Source of the DNA: Octopus sinensis
Lineage: Eukaryota
Reading direction: 5' to 3'
Assembly: GCF_006345805.1 (NCBI RefSeq)
Contig: NC_043002.1
Location: forward strand, 98,580,001-98,644,000
Length of the DNA stretch: 64,000 nt
The notes below the pieces were generated by a model. The model was given only the letters and a program-made list of their open reading frames with translations. It was not told the origin of the DNA and made no database searches. The position numbers were made by a program, and so were the translations under genes. Of the stretch, positions 52,562 to 63,655 are shown one piece after another (positions within the stretch are counted from its first letter, which is position 1; every line of letters begins with the position of its first letter).

Positions 52562-53645
52562 CCCTTTCGTTACCAAACCGCCCAAAGCCGCCCGAAAACA
52601 ATTTTGGTTTATGAGACCAAACCGCCCAAAGCCGCCCGAATTTACCTATTCATATTTAAATGAGAATATCAGAGCAAATCTCTTCAGTACATTCGTGAAA
52701 ATACGTATTATACTTTGTAAACAGTTCAACTACAGTTTTGTACAATAATCGAAGTGTAATTTTAATTCCGTGAATTTTGGGAGATTTTTTTCCGAAATTT
52801 GTTCCTATTGTGTTTTCAAAATTTGTAATTCTGACAAAAAATGGATACGAATTTCATTATATCAAGCAGCGAGTCAGAATTCGAAGGATTTTCTACTGAA
52901 GACCTTCATAAATCTAACTCTATGACTGAAAGAAAAAAGCATGTGGTATTTGATAATGAATCTGATGTTTCATTTCCGAAAGTGAAAACAGTGAATCTGA
53001 GATCTCCGATAGCGATAAAGAAAACGAATTGGCACCTGAATGGAGTGAAAATTTAAAAACTGTTTCTTTCGGTGATTTTTCTGAAGAAACTGGACCAAGC
53101 CACAGACTTTCCAGAAGGGTAAAGCCTTAGACTATATCTATTTACTTTTTCGAATGAGCCTATTTGAAATCATTACGGCAGAAACGAACCGTTACGCTAA
53201 ACGTAAACAAAGCGAAAGAAAGGATAGTTTGTGGTTTCCCACAACCTTAAATGAAATTAAGACTATTTTGCCATAAATATTATTATGGGTATCAGAAAGT
53301 TACCCAGAATAACAAATTCTATCGTAAAATTTTGTTGTATACCCAATTGAATATTAGCTAATAACCCATTTTCTATAGCGATGTTTGAACAAAATTTTTA
53401 TAATTTTATATTTTGTGGAATTTACCTGTATCTACCTGCAATTAGAGTCACTTTGTGACAAAAATTATAGTATAGAATTGGTTGAGAATATTTCATTTAA
53501 TTATCTTCCAAAAATCAGATTAATATATCGATAAGTAAAAAAGTTATAGTTGTTTAATGAAACCAGACTAAATTTATGATTACGTTAGAAATTAATTGAA
53601 ACACATAAGGGGTGTAATTTGGTCAGAAATATAGTAACGAAAGGG
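52562..53645 (+). mobile_element. Internally deleted piggyBac-family element (1084 bp)
   Basis: TTAA TSDs; 12-bp TIR ccctttcgttac; subterminal 25-bp direct repeat (52572, 52616); frameshifted acidic N-terminus plus LDYIYLLF...IITAETNRYA...WFPTTLNEIK..FAINIIMGIRKLP. Confidence 0.9.
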
Positions 53646-53688
53646 TTAAGGCAGCCGAGAATATAAATATGTATATATTAAAATATAT

Positions 53689-53992
53689 TACATACATATA
53701 AGAGGGATGACCTCTAAGTCACATCTATTACGCTAGAAGATCCGCCATGATCTTACCACTAAGAAAGGAATGTTCTCAAGAAAATTTAGCAAATAGCAGA
53801 ATGTGAGTGAGGAAGACAAATGAAAAGATACAAAATATAGATTAATCACAAACCAGGTTTCGTTTCTCGCTTACGTTCTGGCATTTGCTAAATTTTCTTC
53901 AGAACATTCCTTTCTTAGTGGTAAAACCATAGCGGATTTTCTTCTAGCATAATGGATGTCCACTTACAGGTCATCCCTTTTATATGTATGTA
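53689..53992. repeat. Fold-back element with ~130-bp imperfect inverted arms
   Basis: tacatacatataagagggatgacc...ttaccactaagaaaggaatgttct.aagaaaatttagcaaat is mirrored at the right end. Confidence 0.85.
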
Positions 53993-54186
53993 CTATAATT
54001 TTTTCTGAATCTTCAGATTTTTCAATATGCTAGACCACTGGTTTTAAATTGATATTAATCAAATTAATATTCAATTTTTCACCTTTATTATTTTAAATTT
54101 TATATTAAAATATATTAGATAGATTATCATAGTTTAAGTTATTTATGAGTTGTAATCCTTATTTTTTTTTACCATTCTGTTTCCAG

Positions 54187-54322
54187 CAATAGCATACCAG
54201 GTTCAGCTATCTGTATATATGATATACATGCATTCCATCGGTCATTCTCTGGTGCTTTCAAATACCAGATGAATGCTAACACAGCATGGATGAAAATGGA
54301 AAATCCAAAAGCAGATTCACAG
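54187..54322 (+). CDS. Sema5: Sema5-like exon (136 nt): DNSIPGSAICIYDIHAFHRSFSGAFKYQMNANTAWMKMENPKADSQ
   Basis: Acceptor ttccag, donor gtatga; NSI.GSA.C...F.G.FKYQ.....W motif. Confidence 0.95.
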
Positions 54323-54623
54323 GTATGACTACTATTATTAAAATGGAATTTTATTTTAATTTTTTTATTTTATCTAGTTTCAACTTTCGAGCTGTGGCCA
54401 TGCTGGGGCACCGCCAGTATATTTTTAGTATGGAACTGGTTTATTTAATAGAGATGACTTGCTGTTATTGTGAAACATATTGATTATTGTTTGGATTTTA
54501 AATGCAATTTTAAATTAAAGGTATTTTTATTGAGTAAAGATTATACTTCAACTATCCTGACCATGAGTTACTAGAACCTAAACATGAGTCATTGTATTAC
54601 ACACACACACACATGCATGCATG

Positions 54624-54654
<31 letters not shown>

Positions 54655-54953
54655 ACACACACACACACAGACACACACACACACACATGTGAATGACAAA
54701 TTAAGATAATCACAAGTTTATATTAGTTTCAAACTTTGGCACAAGGCCAGCAATTTTGAGGAAGGGACTAAGGACTTAAGTCAAGTAGATTCACCCCCAG
54801 TGCTCAATTGAGACTTATTTAATCAATTCTGAAAGGATAGAAGACAAAATTGACCTCAGAAGACTTTAAATTCTGAATGTAAAGATGGATGAAATGTCTC
54901 AAAGAATTTTGCCCAGTATGCTAACAATTCTGCTAGCTTGTGGCCTTGACACA

Positions 54954-55215
54954 CAAGTTTATCTTATTAGTTCCTACATGTCTTTCACCCTTATGATTAT
55001 TTGGAACCCTGCACTGGGTGTTTCAACTGTAATTGGATGCTTAACAAGAATGGATCATCAGGGAACACTTTATTGCATTAAGCTGCAGTATACAACAGAA
55101 AGTTTACCTGATGAACCATTCTGATTAAGCATCCAAGTGCACTTGGAACACTCAGTGCAGGGTTCCAGACAACCAGAGTGATGAAACATACATAGGAACT
55201 AATAAGATAAACTTG
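54954..55215. repeat. Fold-back element with ~115-bp imperfect inverted arms
   Basis: caagtttatcttattagttccta...ggaaccctgcactg...ttggatgcttaa is mirrored. Confidence 0.85.
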
Positions 55216-55384
55216 CAGTCATCTTAATCTCTCCAGCATTTGCCCTGTATTTAACAACAAGTATTACTACTTAGTTTAGGAGTTACTTAATCACTCTACT
55301 AAAAGTAGACTGGAATATGGTAATCTACATGGAACTTCAGACAACAGTAGCAGTTATACATATATTTGTATGCACAAAACATAA

Positions 55385-55687
55385 TCTTTATATATAAAAG
55401 TGAAGTTGTGTGAGTGTCTGTCTCCTACGATTTAGATTCCTAACTATTCCCACATTTTGCGGTGCAGTTTAACCAAAAGTGGGTATCTTATAGTCGTGAT
55501 TCATATCGAGCCCTTCTGGGTATTAGCGCGCATCTACGATGAGTCTACGATTTAAAAAAAAATTTACCATCATTTTTTCCCATTTTTAATGCATTTTTTT
55601 GCTATTATATAAGAGAAGTAACTCTCTAAAAATGCTTATATAGTTATTTCCCTTACAAACCCGAGCAACGCCGGGCAATACTGCTAG
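55385..55687 (+). mobile_element. Non-autonomous Helitron, short form
   Basis: A|TC...CTAG|T; lacks the internal duplication. Confidence 0.88.
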
Positions 55688-56893
55688 TATATATATAAAA
55701 ATACAAATATGTATAGAATTTTTTAATGATTGAACATGAAAGATATAAAACTATAAATATTAGTATGCAGAATATTGGATTAATAAACCTCTTAGATGAA
55801 AAGAAGTCAAAGGCTGTCTGTGAGATTTGAAACTACACCTTCTGTTTGCATGATAGACATTTTAACCATCATACCGAAATGACACTTCAAATCTTCTCTT
55901 TCTATTTTAGATGTTTTGCTCTTACCAACATGAATTGTATGTCATTTACTTAATAAAAATCTAGAAACTTTGCAAGATATGAAGTGTATCATTTTAACAG
56001 CAGAATGTTTATATGCTTTGTGTGTGTGTGTTGTGTGTGTGTGTGTGTGTGTGTATGTATTGTTTGCACAATCGAAACTTCAAGAGACTTAAAGTCTATC
56101 ATTTTTAATGGTGTAACTTGAAACAGATAAAGCTATAAATAATAGCATTTAGATTAGTGGGTAAAAAAAACACATGATGAAGAAAAGTTGAAGTTTGATT
56201 CTAGGGCTCAAATCTGAATCTTCTAAATTCTTATAATATAAATAACGCAATTTTTGCTAGTAAAAACAAAACTTCTCAAATGGATGGAATAAATTGTAAG
56301 GGTTGTTTTGTTATAATGGTTAGAATATCTGTCCTATTTACAGTAGGTATTGGTTCAAGTACCCCAGGTAGCCTTCTACTTTTTTTTCCATCCAAGGGTG
56401 TGTTAACCCAGTATTCCACTCTGTATTATATGTGGCTTTATCTGCTTCGGGTTACACCATTAAAAATGATACACTTTATATCTCTTGAAGTTTCTATTGT
56501 GTAAACAATACATATGCACACACACATACACACATGTACGTATATAAATATACATACACACACATATATACATATACATTCATACATGTGTATGTATGTG
56601 TATATATGTATATATATATATTTATATGCAGAGAAAAACTGAAAACGAGAGATAGAGAAATGAGTAAGATACCATCTTTAATTAGCATATTTATTGCTTC
56701 TTTACAAAACTGCATAGAACGGAGACTGCGTAGTAATTGCTTTTAATTTAATGTTAGATTATAATTATAAGAGTAATTAAAATAAAAAAAACAATTATAA
56801 CAAATGCATCAGTACTGAATGGTATAACAAATTTAGTTTATGTAAGTAATATATATATATATATATACATGATGTGTTTTTGTGTTGTTTCAG

Positions 56894-57036
56894 TGTCCCA
56901 GTCCAGGAAGCAGCAGTAAGCGTTCCTTTAGTAACCATATCTCACAAGTACTCCTAGATGCGGAGAAATATCAAATGATGAACGATGCCGTTCAGCCAAT
57001 AACTAACCGTCCTCCTTTTGTGGGTGTGGGTGAGAG
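56894..57036 (+). CDS. Sema5: Sema5-like exon (143 nt): CPSPGSSSKRSFSNHISQVLLDAEKYQMMNDAVQPITNRPPFVGVGE(R)
   Basis: Acceptor tttcag, donor gtaggt; DA..Y.MM..AVQP motif. Confidence 0.93.
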
Positions 57037-57506
57037 GTAGGTCAAATATTAAACTGTATTCTTTGTATATGATCACAACATCACTTCTACCACCAACACC
57101 AATCATTTCATCTGTCTCTTCCTAACCTCTCTGCTGAAGGGAAATGGCCCAAAATATTAAAATTTTGTGCTGCTCCTGATAGCAAATGAACATATTAAAC
57201 TCTTCTAGGAACTCTTTTGGAAAAAATTATTGCTGATGTAACCCATTTCAACCAGATTTTACTTTAATTCACTCCCCTCTTTCTCATACATATACACTCA
57301 AATATACACATGTTTGTGTCACTGTCATGAAAGTAATATGGGATATATTAGTGGAAATTAAATATATAAATGCTTTCACTGCTTTTCTCATGAACAATTT
57401 CAATTATAATCCTTTGTATACTATAGGCAGAAGGAAATTTTGTGGGAGGGAACTTATTGGTTACATTCATCCTAGTGCTCAACCTCAGTTACATTACCTT
57501 AAAAGG

Positions 57507-57543
<37 letters not shown>

Positions 57544-57545
57544 TA

Positions 57546-58009
57546 AAAGATGGACTACAGCAAATATTCTGCTCAATACCACAGATTTACATGTCGTTTG
57601 TTTGACCTTAACCTGTTGAGCATGTCCCTTAGTGGCTGACGATATGTGCATCTCTGATCACGAGAGAGAAGTAGTGGGGAGCATCATAGCCATGTGTTCA
57701 GAGGGATTCTTTGGGATTTGAATAATTTACCTTTGGAAACATGGGTGTTTCATTCAACATCCTTAAACAATCCTTATTCAGGGACCTTTTGAGTGGGATG
57801 GGTTACTCAACCAGAAGAAAATTCTAACTGGGCCCTACCTGCAAGGTCATGTACAGTTTATCTTGATATGAGATCACCATGTTGCGCACATATGGTTGTG
57901 ATGCATGTGCCTAGTGTACCCTTATCAGACGGGTAGTCATGATGGGTATACTGGGCTTCATATATTTTACTCCAGTGCTACTTTGATGGCATGCACTGCT
58001 CTCTCACTC
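57546..58009 (+). mobile_element. Family C retroelement, 5'-truncated
   Basis: Opposite orientation; (TAA)n on both sides; ends ctgctctctcactc(AAT)n. Confidence 0.82.
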
Positions 58010-59067
58010 AATAATGATAATAATAATCCTTTCTGCTATTGGCACAAGGCCTGAAATTTTTGGGGAGTGTAGGAGTTAATCGATTACATTGACCTTAGTA
58101 CTCAACAGGTACTTATTTTATTGACACTGAAAGGATGGAAAGCAAAGTTAACCTTGTCTGAAATTTGGGGAAGGGGCTAGTCAGTTACATCGACTCCAGT
58201 GTTTCACTGGTACTTAATTATTAACTCTGAAAGGATAAAAGGCAAGTCGACCTCGGCTGAATTAGATCTCAGAATGTAAAAATGCCGCTAAGCTTTTTCT
58301 CTGGCATGCTAGCAATTCTACCAGCTGACCACCTTAATAATAATAATAATGGTTTCAAATTTTGGCACAAGGCCAGCAGTTTCAGGGGAGGGGTAAGTCA
58401 ATCACATTGACCAGTATTCAATTGGTACTTATTTCATTGACCTTAAAAGGCTGAAAAACAAAGTCAACCTCGGTGGTATTTGAACTCAGAATGTAAAGAT
58501 GAACAAAATGCTGCTAACCATTTTGTCTGATGTGCTAATGATTCTGCCATTTCACAGCCTTAATAGTAAATAATAATGATAAACCCTTGACTTGCCCAAC
58601 TTGTTATTCCATCACAGAAGAAGTGGCCAAATCACTGCTCATCATCTCCTGGCTTCCAGCTTAACTCCTGTCTTTTGTGACTCACATATTTTTGCTCTTT
58701 ACTTTATATTACAAAGGCATGCTCACTAACTTGGCAGGGAATCCCCTCTGGCCGAACTTCATTAAGGATAACCAAGCTACAACCCTGCAGGAGACTATGG
58801 TATTCTGCACCCTTTCACACAAAGGCTTGATGGCACACTTCTTCTCATGGGACTATGTGCTCAATCATGATTATTTTCTTTGCGTTTCAGACCAAAAAAC
58901 CTGACAAAAATGTGTAGTATTCATTGCCATAATAAGTAAATCATAATAAGTAACTGAATTATTCTTAGCAAACGAGTAAATTATTTCTTGTGTATGAAAG
59001 CATTTGTATTGCAAATAATGTAAATAATGACTTATTTTGAATTTTTCTTCTTACTTGCCTTGTTTAG

Positions 59068-59266
59068 GTGGACACATATCATAGCTGATACAGTTTACAC
59101 GCTGAAGGGAAAGTTCTCTGTTGTCTTCATTGGCACCTTAGATGGATATGTTAAAAAGATGATCCATATTCCTCGAGTGAATCTCAGTTGTATTTTAGAA
59201 GAAATCAGAATCACTCCAAAGGGACAAAACGAACCTGTAACCTCGATTATAAAATCTAGAGAAGAG
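59068..59266 (+). CDS. Sema5: Sema5-like exon (199 nt): RWTHIIADTVYTLKGKFSVVFIGTLDGYVKKMIHIPRVNLSCILEEIRITPKGQNEPVTSIIKSREE
   Basis: Acceptor gtttag, donor gtaagt; V.FIGT.DG..K and C.LEE motifs. Confidence 0.94.
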
Positions 59267-59944
59267 GTAAGTCGATATTAGATTTCATAAAGTATTGTCA
59301 TCACCACCTCCATTATCATCATCACCATCACTATCATCATTGTCATTATTTCTGTTAATGCCATCATCATCATCATAATGACCATCATCATCACTGTCCA
59401 GAGCATCACTGTTGTCTCGTTGTTAAAGCCATTATCGTAACTGTTATTGTCGTCATCATAGCTGTTACCCTTTTCGTCTTCATCTTCTTCATCACCATCG
59501 TCATTTTAATACTGTTTATCTTTACTAGATTATGCTCCACAAAATTATTATTAAAATGTAATCCTTATCATCATCATCATCTTTCTCTTTTCTTGCTCTT
59601 CTGTGACGACATACTGGACGGAGCTTTTAGTGGTAGTCTTTCGTGTTGAGATGCCCCACCTGACACAAACCCTTTTAAGACAGCTTTTATGACATGCAGA
59701 AATACAGTGCATCTATTTTAAAAATCAGAATCTAATATTATTATTATTATTACTAATGTTGACTATGTTGGTAGTCAGTTCATAAATCAACTTTAATTTT
59801 AAAAAATACGTATATCCACTTGACAATATTTAATGAGGAATTATTATTTTTTTTTGCTTGTTGTACAAAATTATAACCAATACCTACATATACATGTATA
59901 TTTATATGTATATAGATGCAGGTGTATGTATGTGCATGTGTGTG

Positions 59945-60005
<61 letters not shown>

Positions 60006-60009
<4 letters not shown>

Positions 60010-60216
60010 GATAGTGTATATTTATACACATAAGGAATCCACACTTAGGGTGAAATTCAACACACAGAACTACAAATAAAATGGTATTAAATGGTAAATG
60101 TTTTTCATTTCCAAATTTTGTTCCTGTTGAATCTTATCCGTTATTTTTGTGGTTCTATGTGTTGAATTTCACCCTAAGTATGGATTCCTTATGTGTATAA
60201 ATATACACTATCGTAT
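60006..60216. repeat. Fold-back element with ~70-bp near-perfect arms, TA-bounded
   Basis: tacgatagtgtatatttatacacataaggaatcca.acttagggtgaaattcaacaca is mirrored. Confidence 0.9.
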
Positions 60217-60219
60217 AAC

Positions 60220-61030
60220 TAATATACAGTCTTCTTGACTAATTTTTTACACGTTAGACCACTGGAAATGTAAATTTTGATTGAATATTTTAAATTTAAT
60301 TAAATTCCATTTCCCTTTTGATATGATTAAACATTATATATATATATATATATATATAATCCAAAATATATAGTATCATATATCCACCATGGCTGATCTT
60401 ACCAATCGGTTTTGCACAAAGAATAAAATGGAGTGTTAGATAACAATCTGATTATATAACCTTGTGCTCATCAGAGTTACCCGATATGGAAGGGAATATG
60501 GCGACTCCTCTCTATTGTCGGAGGTGAATTAACATGACTGGTTTGCTGCTGCTGTAAAAAAGGTGATGGAACGAAAAAGGGCCAGGGGATTAGGTTAGGA
60601 GTCGTATCCCTTGGTTGGCTATGTTATGAGGTTGGTAAGAGTTATCTTGAAGTGTTTGTAGGGAAAGTGTGCTTTATTAAGCATGGTGCTCCTGTAAGGA
60701 TGGTGTGTGTGATATGTGTAGTAGTGTCATATGCATAGATTTTTCTGAGGGTGTAGGTATATATAACAGCATTTGTTGTGTGCTGTTTGTCGAACTGTTT
60801 TCTTTCTGTAATGGTTAGTTGTGGGGGGTTTTATGTTAGCATGTGGTGTGTAATGTGTATGTGGGGGTCTATGTGAAGGGGTACAATGTATATGACGGGG
60901 TATATGTTGGGGGTGTTGGGAGATAGTCTATCTTGTGGGATGTGCATGAGTATATTGGTGGGAGGTTGGTGGTTTGGAGTTTGGCTGCTCTTTCTAGTGA
61001 GTCGGATGTTTTATTATGGCCATCCCTTAT
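60220..61030 (-). mobile_element. Probable Penelope-like element 3'/pseudo-LTR relic
   Basis: Strongly strand-skewed (C/A-rich on minus) non-microsatellite tract leading into a hammerhead motif. No RT or GIY-YIG motif was recognised, so the class is inferred from the ribozyme association. Confidence 0.45.
60390..60485 (-). ncRNA. Degenerate minimal type I hammerhead ribozyme (GAAA mutated to AAAA)
   Basis: Minus strand reads ggguaacu-CUGAUGA-gcacaagg-[loop]-cuuugugc-AAAA-cc-gauu-gg-UA/agauc. Stem II is 8 bp. The G12-to-A change at 60413 is consistent with CpG decay. Stem I is partly eroded. Confidence 0.6.
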
Positions 61031-61034
61031 ATGT

Positions 61035-61083
<49 letters not shown>

Positions 61084-61230
61084 ATATTCTCCTTTGAATT
61101 AATTGTTGCTGACACAGACTATCACCAGTTTCTTTGGATTTCAGATTTTACTCCTTTATATATATGTGTGTGTGCATGCATGTAATTTCCTTTCTTTTTA
61201 TTGTTCCTTTCTTGCTTTTTTTCTTTCTAG

Positions 61231-61307
61231 AAAGCACTCTATGTTGTAACTAGCAGAACTTTAATAAAGATACCATTTGAGAGGTGTCATCGATTAAAAA
61301 CCAAGAG
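61231..61307 (+). CDS. Sema5: Sema5-like exon (77 nt): KALYVVTSRTLIKIPFERCHRLKTK, end of Sema / start of PSI
   Basis: Acceptor tttctag, donor gtaaaa; ALYV......K.P.ERC motif. Confidence 0.92.
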
Positions 61308-62418
61308 GTAAAAAAAAACCCTATTTTAAAGATTTTATAACTCTATAAATGAATTCAAATTGTTGCTTTTCCATTAAAGAAAAATTAACCAAGAGTGGGT
61401 GGGGAAGAAAGGATATTTGAAAACAAAATATAATGGAGTTAACACATCCGAAGATTACAACTGCAATAGTCCAACAAGTGGATCAAAGATTGACAGTTAA
61501 CTTCAAGTCATATTATCTGAAAAGAACCTTCAAGTAATTTATGAAATTGACAGGTAGGATGAACCTTCTTTTAGAGCTTCTGGGAGAAGTTCAACAAATG
61601 AAAGTTGTGGATTATATTGCCGAGTCTATGTGAAGCCTTCATTTTTGAAACGTACTTTGAAAAATATATGGCCAGACTGTATCTGTAACCCTATAAATTT
61701 TCTATCAGCAGAAAGTGTACGTCAAATTTGGAAAGACACTGTGATATCTAAAAATGATGTCAGGATTAAAGAACTCATAGAGAATGAGGTGGTTGTGTTT
61801 TTAGTGTCCCATAGTGTTTATCTAATGAGGTGCCGATGCTAATGGAACAAAAGCAAGCTGAGAATACAAAAGTTCCTCCAACTCCACTTAAATTGACTGC
61901 AAAGAGTATTGCTAAAGAAGGTCTGCAAGTTTTTACTAATAATGTTATATCGCAATACGACACAGTGGTTGTGTGAGCTACGAAATCCTTGTCGCCAATG
62001 TTATATTGCATGTTCCGATGACCTCTACTCAACTCCCTGACATCTAGACTTCTCCTTCTATATCTACGTATTGGGCTAACCTACTTCATCGTCTGGGGGC
62101 GTCGACACAACAAATAATGGCACTAATCATGACTATAATATTAAAAAAAAAAATTGCATTGAAGAGCTTACAATGATCTGTTTCTAGACTAAGTTGTACA
62201 AAGAGATAACACTCTATGAAAATCAATCTCAAGCTTATGTTGATGATGATGAACTATGAGACAGGAGATAGTGTTCCTCATCCTGCAAGAAACCTTTATC
62301 CTCCACCACTCTTCACATATAGTCAATATCTTTTGTAATAAGAATGCATACATATTGTACTATTTCATTTTTGAATTTGGTTTGCAAGATTCTTTATGTG
62401 AATTCGTTTGTTGGGGCA

Positions 62419-62567
62419 TATTTTATTGTGTTCTGAAGAGTGTCATTTTGTTTTAATGCCTTATTAATTAACACACTCACTGGTTTGATTTCTACTCATT
62501 TACTTATTGTTATTGTTTATTAGTAAGGCATTAAAACAGAACGACTCTCCCCGGACACAATAAAATA
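62419..62567. repeat. Small fold-back / MITE-like hairpin, ~55-bp arms
   Basis: tattttattgtgt...tgttttaatgcctta.taat.aaca is mirrored. Confidence 0.7.
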
Positions 62568-62662
62568 CTGTACTATATATGTTTAGAAATTGTTACCTAT
62601 TTAAATAAAAGTGGTTGTTTTTTGAAAAGTCCATTGGAATGCATTCTCATTTTACAATAATG

Positions 62663-63058
62663 TGGCTGTGTGGTAAGTAGCTTGCTAACCAACCACATGG
62701 TTCCGGGTTCAATCCCACTGCGTGGCATCTTGGGCAAGTGTCTTCTGCTATAGCCCCGGGCCGACCAATGCCTTGAGTGGATTTGGTAGACGGAAACTGA
62801 AAGAAGCCTGTCGTATATATGTATATATATGTGAGTGTGTGTGTATATGTTTGTGTGTCTGTGTTTGTCCCCCTAGCATTGCTTGACAACCGATGCTGGT
62901 GTGTTTACGTCCCCGTCACTTAGCGGTTCGGCAAAAGAGACCGATAGAATAAGTACTGGGCTTACAAAAAATAAGTCCCGGGGTCGATTTGCTCGACTAA
63001 AGGTGGTGCTCCAGCATGGCCGCAGTCAAATGACTAAAACAAGTAAAGAGTAAAGAGT
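62663..63058 (+). mobile_element. SINE family B
   Basis: Near full-length match. Confidence 0.85.
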
Positions 63059-63655
63059 CATGTAAGTACCATTTAACGAGGATAATTTATAGCTAGCTTC
63101 TTACAGTGATACTACCTGCCTTGAATGAATGAGTCAGCCTTTGAGTTTCAGACACATCTGAGCACTACTTTGTGACCATCTAGACTATGCTTGCTTTAGT
63201 GTTCTTGAGCACACTCTATGTGTGTGTGTGTGTATATGTCTGTGGGTGTGGATCTTGTTTCTGTGTACAGACACACATACATGCAAGTTTAAAGCTGTTT
63301 TATGATCATTGTGCTGCCAGGAGGCAGAGTATATTGATCTACTCATTTCAGTCAATCATGTTGAAAATAGATGTCATTCTTATTTCATGGTTGAATGAAT
63401 AACTTATTAAGTAAGACTTCTTGCTGTGGAAAAAAGAAATGAAGAAATTGGAAAAACAAACATTCAGTTCTGATATAATGAATTCGGGAAAAATTTTTTT
63501 AATTTGTGAAATGGATAAAAACCAATAAAATGAAGTGACAAAAGGAATTCTGAGAAAGATATATGACAAATTTTTACAGTATTCTAATGAATTCTTTAAT
63601 GATCTTCAGATGTGAATAGTGATGGGGAAGGGGGAGAAAAAGAGAGAGAGAGATA

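Larger units (their letters stand above)
28274..61307 (+). other. Sema5: Semaphorin-5-like gene, partial (11 coding exons; Sema domain plus start of PSI)
   Basis: Spliced translation gives LTIDKKNHQLLLGAR-NGIFRLSLANLT...CGTNAYSPMC...CPYSPRHN...SKWLNEPNFV...YFFFRETAVE...KVYSRVARICK...[25 protein letters not shown]...KIPFERCH, collinear with SEMA5A/5B/Sema-5c as I recall them. All introns are GT-AG and phases join in frame. Class 5 is assigned from the Sema domain only; the TSP1 repeats are outside the window. Confidence 0.9.

Noticed and set aside
53840-53915. CUGAAGA…GAAAC on the minus strand inside a fold-back
   Set aside because: No stem II pairing between the boxes.
55060-55200. CUGAUGA within the 54954-55215 hairpin (also CUGAUGA at 24512 in a Helitron)
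   Set aside because: No correctly placed GAAA, stem III or cleavage triplet.
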